A stretch of DNA of 64,000 nucleotides from Flaccisagitta enflata (GCA_965153355.1 OZ231126.1:17980001-18044000); one strand, 5' to 3'. Positions 1-17,679 are shown, numbered from the stretch's first letter. The notes: a model not told the origin generated them from the letters alone. Translations and numbers: made by a program.

Positions 1-875
1 TTGGGGACACTTCAAGATGTAAGAGACTAGTAAAACAAGAATCATGATGATGGGGCTATTGTGGGGTACCTAAAAAGGCCCAAAAAGGGCCCCTAAAACG
101 AAAAAAATGTAGTTTTTTTTTCACTGTAACTACAAAAATGAATGGAATGACTTCAAATTTAAAATGGAAGTTCCTTATAAATGCAACTACCATCATGTAA
201 AAATTTGTGGCCCTCCTTAGATGGCTTCATAGGAAAATTTGGCCACAAAAACCAAAAATCGCTCCCAAAAAATCAGTTTTTTGAGTTCATTGACCTAAAA
301 ACAATATTATAAGGTCAGGGTACCCCAATATTTTTTTCTATTTTGCTAATATAAGATGTTTGGAGGTTCCAAAAAAAATTTCAGGCCATATTTCCAAAAA
401 ATGGCTGAGATATGACCATTTGAAGCGACGTGGTAAAAATGGAAAACGCCAAAAATGGTCATTTTTGGTGATTTTTTTAAACAATTGGGTACAAAAAGGG
501 GTCCTGTTCATTTTAATTCATAGTTGGGGACACTACAAGATGTAAGAGATTATAAAAACAGGAATCATAATGATGGGGCTATTGTGGGGTACCTAAAAAG
601 GCCCAAAAAGGGCCCCTAAAATGAAAAAAATGTAGTTTTTTTTTCATTGTGACTACAAAAATGAATGGAATGCCTTCAAATTGGAAATGGAAGTTTTTAA
701 TAAATGCAACTACCATCATGTAAAAATTTGTGGCCCTCCTTAAATGGCTTCATAGGAAAATTTGGCCACAAAAACCCAAAATCGCTCCAAAAAAATCAGT
801 TTTTTTAGTTCATTGACCTAAAAACAATATTTCAAGATCAGGGTTCCCCAATTTCTTTTTTCTATTTTGCTATTA

Positions 876-1212
876 CCGTATTTTTTCCATTTATCGCCCC
901 CCCTCCAATTAACGCCCCCCCCTCTTTGAGCTCTCAAAAACAGTACTTTGGAAGAAGGTGAAATAGTAAATAATCTTTGTAAGTAGAAAGATTTTGCATA
1001 TTTCAGCAGGTTTTTTTTTCAAGGATTGAATGAAAAACAAGCAAGATGCATTTTATCCTATCTTTATCTGATATCCTAAGTAGCATTTTTTGTGAATAAC
1101 ATATAATTAGAGAGTTCTCACAGATCAAAAGGGGGCGTTCATTGGAGGGTAGAATGACAATATATTTTTTCAATTTCGAAAGCGCCCGGGGCGCTAATTA
1201 GAGAAAATACGG
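876..1212. mobile_element. MITE, Tc1/mariner-pogo-like (CCGTA termini, TA TSD)
   Basis: ta|ccgtatttt...aaaatacgg|ta with imperfect TIRs. The empty site (ttttgctaatataagatg) is visible in sister units of the foldback. Confidence 0.85.
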
Positions 1213-1472
1213 TATAAGATGTTTGGAGGTTCCAAAAAAAATTTCAGGCCATATTTCCAAAAAATGGCTGAGATATGACCATTTGAAGCGACGTGGTAAA
1301 ACTGAAAAATGCCAAAAATGGTTATTTTTGGTGATTTTTAAAAACAATTGGACACAAAAAGGGGTCCCGTTCATTTTAATTCATAGTTGGGGACACTACA
1401 AGATGTAAGAGATTATAAAAACAGGAATCATAATGATGGGGCTATGGTGGTTAGATTTGCATGTCTTTGACT

Positions 1473-1850
1473 AACAAGGCCGGATACACGGCTACCCCAG
1501 TCGCGTGCGGGTGGGCAGGGGCTGTTTTTGAGGTCACTCAATCATTTGGGCAGGAGCAGTGAGGCCAAAGATCGCAAAACCCCCCAAAAAAGTAAAGTGT
1601 GACGGACCGACGGACGGACGGACCGACAGATGGACGGACCAACGGACGGACGGACCGACAAAGCGGGTTGTAGAGTCGCGTAGCATGCGACTAAAAATGG
1701 TTATTTCTTTTTAGTCGCGTGCTACGCGACTCTACACCCCGCTTTGTCCGTCGGTCCGTTGGTCCGTCCGTCGGTCCGTCGGTCCTTTCGTCCGTCGGTC
1801 GGTCGGTTGGTCCGTCCATCACACTTTACTTTTTTTGGGTTTTTAGGGTT
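1473..1850. mobile_element. Two oppositely oriented copies of a dispersed HINE/DINE-1-like (Helentron-associated) repeat forming the foldback spacer
   Basis: One end is aacaaggccggatacacggc, the other is the T-flanked hairpin tagtcgcgtgctacgcgact, with an internal (GTCC/GACG)n microsatellite. Family assignment is by architecture only. Confidence 0.6.
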
Positions 1851-3101
1851 TTAGGGTTTTTGGCTAAAAAATCACAAAAAATGACCATTTTCGGCGTTTT
1901 CCATATTTACCACGTCGCTTCAAATGGTCATATCTCAGCCATTTTTTGGAAATATGGCCTGAAATTTTTTTTGGAACCTCCAAACATCTTATATTAGCAA
2001 AATAGAAAAAAAAATTGGGGTACCCTGACCTTCAAATATTGTTTTTAGGTCAATTAACTCAAAAAACTGATTTTTTTGGAGCGATTTTTGGTTTTTGTGG
2101 CCAAATTTTCCTATGAAGCCATCTAAGGAGGGCCACAAATCTTTACATGATGGTAGTTGCATCTATAAGGAACTTCCATTTCAAATTTGAAGTCATTCCA
2201 TTCATTTTTGTAGTCACAATGAAAAAAAAAATACATTTTTTTCGTTTTAGGGGCCCTTTTTGGGCCTTTTTAGGTACCCCACAATAGCCCCATCATTATG
2301 ATTCCTGTTTTTATAATCTCTTACATCTTGTAGTGTCCCCAACTATGAATTAAAATGAACAGGACCCCTTTTTGTACCCAATTGTTTAAAAAAATCACAA
2401 AAAATGACCATTTTCGGCGTTTTCCATTTTTACCACGTCGCTTCAAATGGTCATATCTCAGCCATTTTTTGGAAATATGGCCTGAAATTTTTTTTGGAAC
2501 CTCCAAACATCTTATATTAGCAAAATAGAAAAAAATATTGGGGTACCCTGACCTTATGATATTGTTTTTAGGTCAATGAACTCAAAAAACTGATTTTTTT
2601 GGAGCGATTTTTGGTTTTTGTGGCCAAATTTTCCTATGAAGCCATCTAAGGAGGGCCACAAATTTTTACATGATGGTAGTTGCATTTATAAGGAACTTCC
2701 ATTTCAAATTTGAAGTCATTCCATTCATTTTTGTAGTCACAATGAAAAAAAAACTACATTTTTTCCGTTTTAGGGGCCCTTTTTGGGCCTTTTTAGGTAC
2801 CCAACAATAGCCCCATCATCATGATTCTTGTTTTACTAGTCTCTTACATCTTGAAGTGTCCCCAAGTATGAAATTAAACACTTGGCCTCCATTTAAGTAC
2901 TAAATTTTAGCCAAAAATACCCAAAAATAGCCATTTTTGGGTGTTTTTTTGGGGCCGTTTCTAAACGCAGCCGCGTAGGGCTCTAAAAAGGTCACAGTTG
3001 GATTCCCCAGGTTTTTTTACACAAGATTGACCTTTTTCTAGCCTCCTTACTCAATTTTTTTTTTGCGATGAGAAATAATGCAGCTAGCTCAACTTGTGCA
3101 G

Positions 3102-3863
3102 GTGGCGGATCCGGAGAAAAAGACATGGCAGGAAGCCCGAAAAACGTGCCAGATGGACGGAGGAGATCTCATCGTGGTCGATACTCCCCTCGTCAACGAT
3201 TGGCTGGCTTCCATGAACAAAACCATGGGGCGATTGTGGGTCGGCGCCACGGACGAGGTAAGGATAATCGCCGTAAGAAGAGTGAGTTGTATAAAAGCGA
3301 AAATGATAGGTAAAATGCCTAGATGAAGTCATGACGTTTGTTCTCAGAATTGTGATGTATATAAAATGTTTCTCTACATTTTATCATACCTTTATTTTTG
3401 AAGACTTGCCAATATTTTCATACAGTTCCAATGAACGCCACAAAATATAAGTTTTTCTGTCATTCCACTTCTACCTGATGTGTTACGATAGAGGATAACT
3501 TTTTTCGTGAACTAATGGTAAGAGTGGTAATACTAGTAAGTAACAATGCACTACCATTAAATTGAATAAGTAAAATTTTGTGTTATGTCGTCTGTTTATA
3601 AATTGAAACGGTAAGAATCATACTGCATATACGTAGTGACTTTTCAGCAACAACATTTCGAAATTCTTCCTTTTTACTACAATTTTTGTAAAGAGTTGTT
3701 CTCTCAGGAAAAAAAGGACTTCGCTCAAAAATGGTTCCACTTTCCTAACTTCCGGACGTGGGAATAAAGAACATTTTCCCCTCATTAAGTGCAAAGGCAT
3801 AGATATCCTTCTATCTTTCCCGTTTTCTAATTTACAATAATTTTCACGCCTTAATAGCGACTG

Positions 3864-3939
<76 letters not shown>

Positions 3940-4967
3940 TTTTACCCACTGAATGAAATGTATGTACACGAGTAGCTGACTTGTCATCCTTCTTACTGCA
4001 TATTCCAATACGTATTATATTGGCAATAACCAACATTCTAATGTATTTACATGAAAAACGATAACCTATCCTTTCATAAGAACATTAATAGAAGTAATTC
4101 ATTCCTTCATTTATTTATCTTTTTATTTACCGGGTGGACTTTAAAAAAGTAGCTCTGTATCTGAATGAAAGAAAAACTGTTTATAACTGCTTATTATGTG
4201 AATATTTGAAATGATGAATCTCTGAATTTGTACATTTGATCAAAATATACAAATTCAAATTATGTATGATAAACGAAAATATTTTTTTCTGAGCATTATT
4301 GCTTGTTTTTAACTAAAAACAATACATGATTATTATTAGTGTTTTAGGTATGCATTTAGTTTTTCACATAAAAAGTTTTGGTTTTTATGGTTTTCCAAGA
4401 CCCACTTTTATTCAACTATCTTCATTTAAAAGTAAATTCTGTTAAAATCATTGATTTTTAATCAAATTTAAGGAAAATTCTTTAAGTGGTCCGTAATTCA
4501 ATTTAGTTTTTTAAAAATAAAATGAAAAAAATTGATTCTGCTAAAAAATGTGCATAATGGAATATATGGGCGACGATCATATCTAGATAGCTAAAAAAAA
4601 TTTTTTTACTTAGGAGAAATTTTAAAAATAATATTAAAAAAATCAAAAGCTACCTTTTAACCTTTTACCCGTTATCTACTGGCTTATTTATTTGTTTATT
4701 TGTTCATTCATTTATTTATTCACTCTTGTATTTATATATTCATTTACTTAAATACATCTTTTTTGTATGTCTCAGGTAAATGAAGGAACGTGGGTATAGA
4801 CGAATGGGGCCTCTGTGGTCACGCTCTATTGGTATCCTGGTCAACCTGATAACGGCGGGGGCGGACAGCACTGCCTTGTCGTCAATTTCCGTGAACCGGG
4901 GAAATGGGACGATGAAACCTGAACGAGGTCTTCGCCTTTTGTCTGCCAAATCGATTTGAATGTGTAA
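3102..4967 (+). pseudogene. C-type lectin domain gene, two exons (3102-3257, 4776-4967) with two in-frame stops; 5' exons not seen
   Basis: Exon 1 reads ..KKTWQEARKTCQMDGGDLIVVDTPLVNDWL..LWVGATDE|gtaagg. After a phase-0 intron, ctcag|VNEGTWV*TNGASVVTLYWYPGQPDNGGGGQHCLVVNFREPGKWDDET*TRSSPFVCQIDLNV*. CTLD motifs present: WxxA..C, WVG, QPD, WDD, FVC. Stops are TAG 4797-4799 and TGA 4920-4922. Confidence 0.88.
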
Positions 4968-5113
4968 ATCAAAATTCTCGCGCTGTGATCCAGATTGCTG
5001 AAAAGTACTCGCTCAATGAAATACCAAATTTCGCATATTTTGAAATTGCTCGATATCAAAGTGATCGCTTTAGTGATAGGCGAGGTGCGCGAAAAATGGA
5101 GCCAATTTATGTA

Positions 5114-6245
5114 CAGTAGATGTCGTCTAGACTTGGAAATACGGGGGAGCTCATAACCTGAGCATCAGTATAGTGAGGGGACTGATATTTTGCTTATTTA
5201 ATGTATAGACCCTAAGGGGTTGACGATGGGGTATGGCGTCCCCCTACGGCTTACCCTAGGAAAAAAACTTTAAGTATAAAATTTTAGGATCAATCATTTT
5301 TTTTTGCAGAATTTCAGCTTCATCCATTTGGCTAAAGTGCAAAACCAGTCTGGGATTCAAACCTGGAACCTTTGACTAAATAAACACAGTGGGCCTTAAT
5401 TAGATATGGGTTCCAAAAAATCCTCAGCAGTAGTGACTTGTATAAATAGGTATAATTCATAGTGAAGAATTGATATTGACCCTTAAAAAAAAATTTCCCT
5501 TGAAAGTTTTCGCAAAAATCACTAAAATATGTCCATTTTCTTATATATTTATACATAGATCTCAATGATCCATCAATTTTGAAATTCTGATTCCAGTTTC
5601 ATATTCCTGGTAAAATTTCCAATCATTTGATAGGTCACACTATATATTTTCATGTAAAAATAAAATTTTCGTATTTTAGGCCACCGTTGCATTTTTGTAA
5701 CGGTGACATAGAAAATCAAAATTTTATTTTTACATGAAAGTATATAGTGTGACCTATCAAACAATTGGAAATTTTACCAGGAATATGAATCTTGAATCAG
5801 AATTTCAAAATTGATAGATCATTGAGATCTATCCAGAAATATATAAGAAAATGGACACATTTTAGTGATTTTTGCAAAAACTTTCAAGAGAAATTTTTTT
5901 TTAAGGGTAAATATCGATTTGTCACTATAAAATGTACCTATTTATACTAGTCACTACTGCTGAGGATTTTTTTGGACCCATATCCAATTAAGGCCCACTG
6001 TGTAAACTGATCAAGATAAATCTGAAGTCAAGTGAGTTAACCGCTAGACTAATTCCAGAAGCCGATTTAACTAAACCAATTTGATTTAGTGTATTCAAAA
6101 GAATTTTCAATTAATAGAGCTGCCATACCCCATCGTCAACCTTATAGGACATAAGCATTACACATACACAGTTTCATTTCATTTGCACAAATGGTAATTA
6201 GGATATGAGGGTCCCCGTATTTCCAAGTATAGACGACATCTACTG
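5114..6245. mobile_element. MITE with TA TSD containing two further nested TIR elements (~5209-6149 and 5385-6002)
   Basis: Outer TIRs cagtagatgtcgtctagacttggaaatacgggg / ccccgtatttccaagtatagacgacatctactg. Middle TIRs ggttgacgatggggtatggc / gccataccccatcgtcaacc. Inner element is a ~260-bp-arm palindrome cacagtgggcc..ggcccactgtg. Confidence 0.85.
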
Positions 6246-6691
6246 TAACCCTTTATTCTATTATTCTATTATTGTTTGCAGTTGCGGACTCGCCACTCCA
6301 TGAGTTCCTTTGTCCGTCCGTCGTCCGTCCGCTTGTCTGTTGGTACGTCCGTTGGTCCGTAGACATACTTTTTGTGTATGGGTGTGGGGTGTAGATGAGG
6401 GATGGACCTCCCTGCCCACCCGCCCGTAACGATATTGTAACGCCCCCCCCCCCCATGTTTCCTTTTGCCGATCATCCCTATGTAAATACAGTAGGTATTT
6501 CATTCATCTTATTGCTGTACACCTACTCTTGTATTTGAGTCCAGGAATTACACATATTCCTCCGACATTTCAGGGGCAGTATTTCTCGCACATGATTTTT
6601 ACTGAATTTTCCACTTGCGTCATGCTAATTACACACATCCCCAAACTTCCCATTTGATAATCATAATTCAATTTTAATGTACATGATGTTA

Positions 6692-7211
6692 TCAATAAAG
6701 GCGGCTCTCGCCGTAGGAAAAAAGTCGTAAGTGCGAGGTTTTGGAATTTCTTGATTGTTTTTTGTTTGGTTGTCTGGTTGTTGGACGGAAAGACGGACCA
6801 ACAGACTAATGGATGGACTGACGGACAAAGCCTCTCATTGCTTCCAGAGTTGAAATGAGAGAGAGACTGTGCTGCCAGGATGTACAATCATCACCTGGGT
6901 TATTTCAAAGTTCAAATAGACTTCAACTAACTCAATTCCTTATTTTTGGGAAAAATGCAAAAAATGCGAAAAAATATAAAAAGATTTAAAAAATCATAGC
7001 TCCAAAACTATCGATCGCACAGAATTCTGCTTGGCGTCATCTGAAAAAGGAGAATTAGCTCTTTCTTAGCTATTAATTTCATGCGTAGTCTCATTCTGCC
7101 CCCAAAATGTATCAACTTCCCCAAACGACTCATAAAACAAAGGGAATTCCGTTTTTCTCTGCAGGACTCAAAAAGACCGAAGGGACATCGTCTCTTCGAC
7201 TTTTTTCCAAA
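6692..7211 (-). mobile_element. Helitron/Helentron-like non-autonomous element (family copy 1)
   Basis: Same termini and core as the copies at 13467-14066 and 17680-18372 (caataaaggcggct..cgccgtaggaaaaaagtcg ... cgacttttttccaaa). Confidence 0.65.
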
Positions 7212-7931
7212 CTATACGAAAAACAAATGTCGCGTGATATCGTGCATAAGAACTTTTGAACAAAAGTAACCAAGGAAAAATGAGAGACGAAAAAAATAAG
7301 ACCAAAATACATTTTTAAAAAAGCCATTGATATGACACTTTCAAGAAGAAACTGTGGCCTTCTAAATAATAAAAAAAAAACATCATCAGTATCACATTTG
7401 ACGGACCGATTTACCGACCGACTGACAAAGAAAGTGACCTGTAGAGCCGGATAACACGCAACAAAGAATCACTCGAATTTGCGGAGCTTTCTTATTCTAT
7501 GCGTGAGAGAATTTTTACAATTTTTCGATTTATGAAAAAAATACTTTCAAATTTGATGACAGTCGTAAATTTCTTTGACTCTTCAACCTCAATTTGCGCT
7601 CCTGCCACATGTTGCTTCTTTCAACTTTTTGTAAGAATAATTCAATTTCATATAAATATATTTTTATTACTTAAGTCTTTACAAGATATTTTTAAATGGA
7701 TTTCCTTATTTCCTTAAATCGTGGAATACTTGAAGCAAGAGTGAAAAGCAGATAGGTCATTGATAAGATCTTTGTGATCAACGATCCATCCATATGCTAA
7801 CGATGTTGTTTCGGTTTGTAATTCATTGAAAAGTAAGTGAAAAAGAAAGGCAGAAACAGAGAGACAGGAAAAATGAGGGACTTACGATCAAAGCAGACAG
7901 GGAGGTAATTTTCCTAAAAAATGAACATAGA

Positions 7932-7936
<5 letters not shown>

Positions 7937-8003
<67 letters not shown>

Positions 8004-8052
8004 CGAAAGGAAGAAAGAAAGAAAGCGAAAGGGAGAAAGAATGAAAGGATGA

Positions 8053-8112
<60 letters not shown>

Positions 8113-8250
8113 GAAAAGAGAACGAAAAAAAGAAAGAAAAGAAGGAATGAAAATAAACAAGAAAGAAAGAAAGAAAGAAAGAAAGAGAGAATGAAAGAGA
8201 AAAAGAGAAAAAGAATGAAAAAAAAAAAGAAAGAAAGAATGAAAGAAGGA

Positions 8251-8320
<70 letters not shown>
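7937..8320. repeat. (GAAA)n microsatellite
   Basis: Read directly; source of the F/L/S-rich spurious ORFs. Confidence 0.95.
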
Positions 8321-8323
<3 letters not shown>

Positions 8324-10540
8324 GAAAAAAAAAAAGAAATTCAAAAAAAGAATGTCGAAATATTTCATGGTATTGGATAGCACCTGTGCTGATTCAAAAG
8401 TGCAGTAACTATCCGACTATCCGACTTTCCGACTTACATATCAAAATATACTGATAAACAGACTTAAAGTTGCAAAAGTATGAGATTATCAGAGTAACTT
8501 TACTGGCTCTTACAAGTAATTTTGCATGGCGGCAGGGGGCAGGAGTCTTGAAGTATCTAATGGGATTCGATGACCAATGATTGGAATTGAGATTTGAGCC
8601 TTGGAGATTTTTTGTTAAGAAGCATAAAACTAGGCCAAATGCGGAGCTTTGGAGATTTTTTGGATAAAGGGGGAGAAGATCAACTATCCCTTAGTCCATG
8701 GGTCAATGGTTCATTGGAGCCGCTTCATAGAAACTGTCTTGGTGTGTCAGGACTAAAAAATGTTTTGTTAAGATAATTGAAGAGTTGCAAATCCGAATAT
8801 CAAGAATTTAAAACCGTATCGATTTAAAACCAGAATCCCAGATAGAACAAGACAATAGTAGCTGATAAATAAACGGAGAGATTTTTTTGATGTCGCCCGT
8901 TCCAACAAAAGTTTTCTAATTCGATTTGATTTCTATTTTGACAATTTATTTCATGGTGATAGAATTTCTCAATTCTCATGCACTAGTTAGGTAAGTAGTC
9001 GATTCGTTTCTGTGGTTATGAATCTTTGAATCTTTTAGTTCTTTTACAATGTCCGACCTTTAAAAGTACACTGAAACAACGGTGGCATAGTACTGTTTCT
9101 GTAGACCAAGTTTTTGTCTTTTCAATTTTTACATTTTAAAGAAAATATGACGTCAAATCTGCCAGGGAAAAAATGAAGTGCTTCACCCAACTTTTGCATC
9201 AATAATGGACTGATTATGCTTCCACAAATGTTTTCATTACTCAAGTTGTCACTGGATAAACCTGACATGTATGACTGTTTCATATTTTACGCTTTAAGTT
9301 GCCTTTTGATGAGCAATTCTTATGGAAAATAGCAAGAAAAAGAAGATTTTTTATGAAATCTTGTTGACATTTTTTTCTTTTTTCTGAGGTCGAAATTATA
9401 AGCAGGCCACACCCAGAACTAAAAACGATTTGGGAAAAAAACTATGTTCTTTCATTTTTCATTTTTTCATTTTCTATGCAAACTTATAATTTCGACCAAC
9501 CCCTTGTCAGTGACAAAAAAAAAAATTTGTAGAAATTTTCAGTAAATCTTCTTCAGTTATATAAGCTAAATCTGAGTCTCTTGCTAAATGGATGCAAATT
9601 TTGCTTTCAAATATCATGCATGTCTTATTTGAATCACTTTTATTCACTTGTTTTTCTATTTTCATTCATGTATATTTTCTATTTTGACCCATTTTGATAC
9701 CCTAAATGTTGGCTTCGTGGGCACGCCGTCATATAAATACGGTGCACTTCGTTGACTAATACAAGGACCCGCCCCATCAGATATCGGGATACTGCATAGA
9801 TTTCTGCATCTGGATCATGGAAGCAAAAACAATATTAACGGCGTAACAACTGACGCGCCTTCGATTTCATTACTAACGTAGCCGTCACTGATAACAAGAT
9901 ACCGCTGACGTGCAATCGACGATGTCTCTCGAAGCTGACAGGCCATCCTCGTGTTCTTCCTACGCATCTGTCACGATTAACGTCCCCGGCTTTCAAGCGG
10001 CATTTGGTAAACGATTTTATGATTTGATTTAATATCTTTTTTGCTGAATGACGTCTACGTGCTTCGTTTATCGAGTTGCCACTATTTTTTATAGCACCAG
10101 AACTAACAATACAACTTTCCGTTACTGAAGACTTAACTTATATCTGGAAGCCCCCGACGCAAACAACTTTGTTGCGCCTGAATATGACAGCTAAATGAGG
10201 CAGTAAGCCCATTCACCTATCACAGGCTTTTATTTTCAGCAGATCAGCTCTTGGGCTCTCACTCGGAAACAGGTTAGTCCAACGACCATGAGGTATGCGT
10301 AATTTTGGGGGCTTTATGTGATGACACTTTGACATACATAAACAGGTACCAATCATTTGCCCATATGTGTTTTTGGAAAGTATTAGTGTTTTGGTTAGAC
10401 TTAGAGTAGAAGTTTGCTAAGTTAGTTTTGCTGATTAGAAAACTAGGAGTGATGCACGTGATGAGAAGTTAGTGAGGGCTCACAAGGCCCTCTTGCACTT
10501 ATTATTTCAGTTTGGGTGCAGTGAGGGATATCGTTCCACT

Positions 10541-13085
<2,545 letters not shown>

Positions 13086-13124
13086 GTTCCACTTGTCATA
13101 CTACTCAGTACCTTGGATTAGAAT

Positions 13125-14941
<1,817 letters not shown>

Positions 14942-15012
14942 ATTAGAATGTCCGGCGGTTGCATTAAGCTTGACCTCAATTCTATCTTTTGGGGTATGGT
15001 TGCTTAACAATA

Positions 15013-15922
15013 CAGTCGAGCTTCACTAGAGCGCACCCGCAAATAAGGCATCCCTCGCTAGATGGCATGATTTGGAAAGTCCCAACTTTTTTGCCTTTGT
15101 TTTGTTGTTGAGGAAACCCGTCTATAGCGCACCCGCCTACAAGGCAAATTTCACTAGAAGGCATGGAATACGTGGGAGATAAGGTTTTTTGTGCTCGCTT
15201 AGAAGGCATGAAGAAGAAGAAGAAGAAGAAGAAGAAGAAGAAGAAGAAGAAGAAGAAGAAGAAGAAGAAGGAGAAAAGAAGAAGAAAAAGAAGAAGAAAA
15301 AGAGGAAGAAAAAAAGATGGAGGAGGAGGAGATGAAGAAAGGTCGCAATTATCAAGATGATTTTGATGAGGATATCGATGATCTCCAAGATTCGACGATG
15401 ATCCCGATCCCAATTCCGATGCATCGCAATGACGATGATGATGATGATGATGATCTGAAATCATCAACCGCAAATGACGATGATGACGAAATTAAATTGA
15501 GAGAAAGAATGCCGCCTTCAACTTCCAGTTATTATTCACTATCTAAACTCGATTTTGTATAAGAGGTTAGAACGAGATGTTGACGCTATAAATTTGGTAA
15601 AACCCTTGTTCTTGATTTCAAACAAAAAACTTGACTGCATTTCTCATGTGCTGCATCTATCTACCCTCAGTTGTCCGTCATTTGGCATCTATTTAAGCTG
15701 CAGTGTCCTCTATATGTTAGTCAGTCTGTGTGTCTCCTCCATCTCTTTGTTTCTAAGTTGTTTCCTACCATGTGGCATGGCTAAATCAAGCTGATATGTT
15801 CTAGCAAAGAAACAATTATCAATGTAAACTATAAAGATAGTCATGCTCGGCAATAAGGCATCCCGCCTTGAAGGCATAAAATGAGTCAGTCCCTTCAAAT
15901 GCCTTCTAGTGAAGCTTAACTG
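15013..15922. mobile_element. pogo/Tigger-like TIR element (TA TSD) with enlarged interior
   Basis: ta|cagtcgagcttcactaga ... tctagtgaagcttaactg|ta. A 174-bp relative lies at 20781-20954. Confidence 0.75.
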
Positions 15923-16824
15923 TATTTCCCTTGGGGGATTTGTCGAATTTAGGTTAATTAAGTAGCAACCATTTGCCATATTCTATATAAGGTATGTAAG
16001 CATAAGTGTTTGGGTTAGACTTAAAACAGATGTTTGCTAAGTTAGTACGGATGTTTGCTAAGTTAGTTCGAGTTTTACTGAATGGAGAACAAGGAGTGAT
16101 GCGCGTATAAACTAGTCGGTGAGGTCTCACAAGGCCCTCTTCCATATTTTTCAGTTTGGATAAAGTGATGGATATTGTCAGTTGTCATACCAACTGCGTT
16201 TTTTTTTCTCAACGTGTCTGTTTGCGAGTTCATTTTATCTAACATCCTGTTTTGACGGAATGTGAACGTTTTCAATCAATGCCCCCTACATTCGCCCCAG
16301 CTTTACCCGTGTCCCTGGCCTATGCCCCCTATAATCGTCCCTGCTTTACCCATGGCCCTGCCCTATGCCCATATCCGCCTGGACGCGGTGAAGCATATTA
16401 TTCAAGAATGTTTATTTTTCACGCAGAAATAGATGCCAATCGGAAGCCGGATGAAATCATCGAGGATCGCAGTCCGAGATCTTCCTTAGCTCAAAATCTT
16501 AGCAGGTTTTTAATATTGTCATTTATTCCGTGACGTGAATTTCCTTGATTTGTTCATAAAGATTTTCATGAAGGTGATTATTCCATAATCATCTCATTAG
16601 CTTAACTACACCGCTTTTAGATTGGACTGTCGCCGAAAGAACCTATATTACTCCAAAACTGTTCATAGTAGTTAGTTTTTTTTTCCTGATAGATAATTTG
16701 ATTAAGTTTTGCTACAAGCACAGAATGTCCCACTCATTTAAACATTTGAGCCTCCTACTTAAATTAAATGAATGTTGCATGTTTCACATTAAAAGATTTT
16801 TCTAAAAAAACTTTGGTCACGTTA

Positions 16825-17045
16825 GGGATTTCAATCCGTGTCTTTTGTTTTAAAGTGTTTTTACGCGGGTAGTGTTTTAGGGTTAGGGGTAGGGTTAGGG
16901 TTAGGGATGGGCTGGGTTTGAGGGTTAGGGATAGGGTTGGGTTATAGATACATTTAGGGCAAGGTGTGGACTTGGTTTTGTATGTTTTAACTCGAGTGAA
17001 GATTTGCCCTTGCGGGAAAAAACAAGTGCACCGGATTGAATTCCC
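16825..17045. mobile_element. Small TIR element carrying degenerate TTAGGG repeats
   Basis: gggatttcaatccg / cggattgaattccc, flanked by tta/taa. TTAGGG-like units at ~16877-16945. Confidence 0.6.
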
Positions 17046-17679
17046 TAAGATTAACAAAACTTTTTACTTACCTTATTTCATAAAGTTTTCATTTCTTAAT
17101 GAATTGAACTAAAATGCTGAGATTGATTTTGAATTTGAGAGAATTTAAAGTACTTCATGATCTAAGCTAAGAATGGTCTCCCTTATTTCATTTTTGAGCG
17201 ATTTTTAGACAATTTTTTAAAGATTTTTCAAATTATAAGGTTTTTGCAGTGTTTTGGGTTAAAAATCAGTCATTTATGCTTAAAACAATTCATATCTCTT
17301 TGCGTTTCCATCAAAATTAAAACAATTCCTCTTAACCAACACTGCAGGACCAATGTGTTGAAATGGAAGAGTACCTTAGCTATACTAATCTCATTTTCCT
17401 TGTGAAATGAGATAATTTCTGGCTGAAATCAACAAATTTTTTGTCATGAAATTAAAGTTAATCTATCAACACTGATACTTTTTTTCTTTTTTTGTAACAA
17501 AACTTAATCAAATCAGCTATCTCAGAAACAAGGCCGGATACACGGCCATCAGTTGCGGACGGGTGGGCTGGGGCAGAAATGCGCGTTTACCACTTTTCGA
17601 CTTGATCATTACGGACGGATAAACGGACCGACAGACGGACGGACCAATGGATGGACAGACCGATGGACAAAGCCTCTTA

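Larger units (their letters stand above)
1..2866. repeat. Foldback / long inverted repeat whose arms are tandem ~523-bp units (left arm runs off the window)
   Basis: ttggggacac recurs at 1 and 524. Region 1861-2866 is the reverse complement of the left arm. The near-identical 61-aa ORF appears at 360(+), 1223(+) and 2506(-). Confidence 0.9.

Noticed and set aside
360-2506. Three copies of a 61-aa ORF as a small gene family
   Set aside because: They start with TTG, lie within foldback repeat units and have no recognisable domain.
4920-4922. Selenocysteine-containing lectin
   Set aside because: An upstream in-frame TAG also interrupts the exon and I see no SECIS, so a pseudogene is the simpler explanation.
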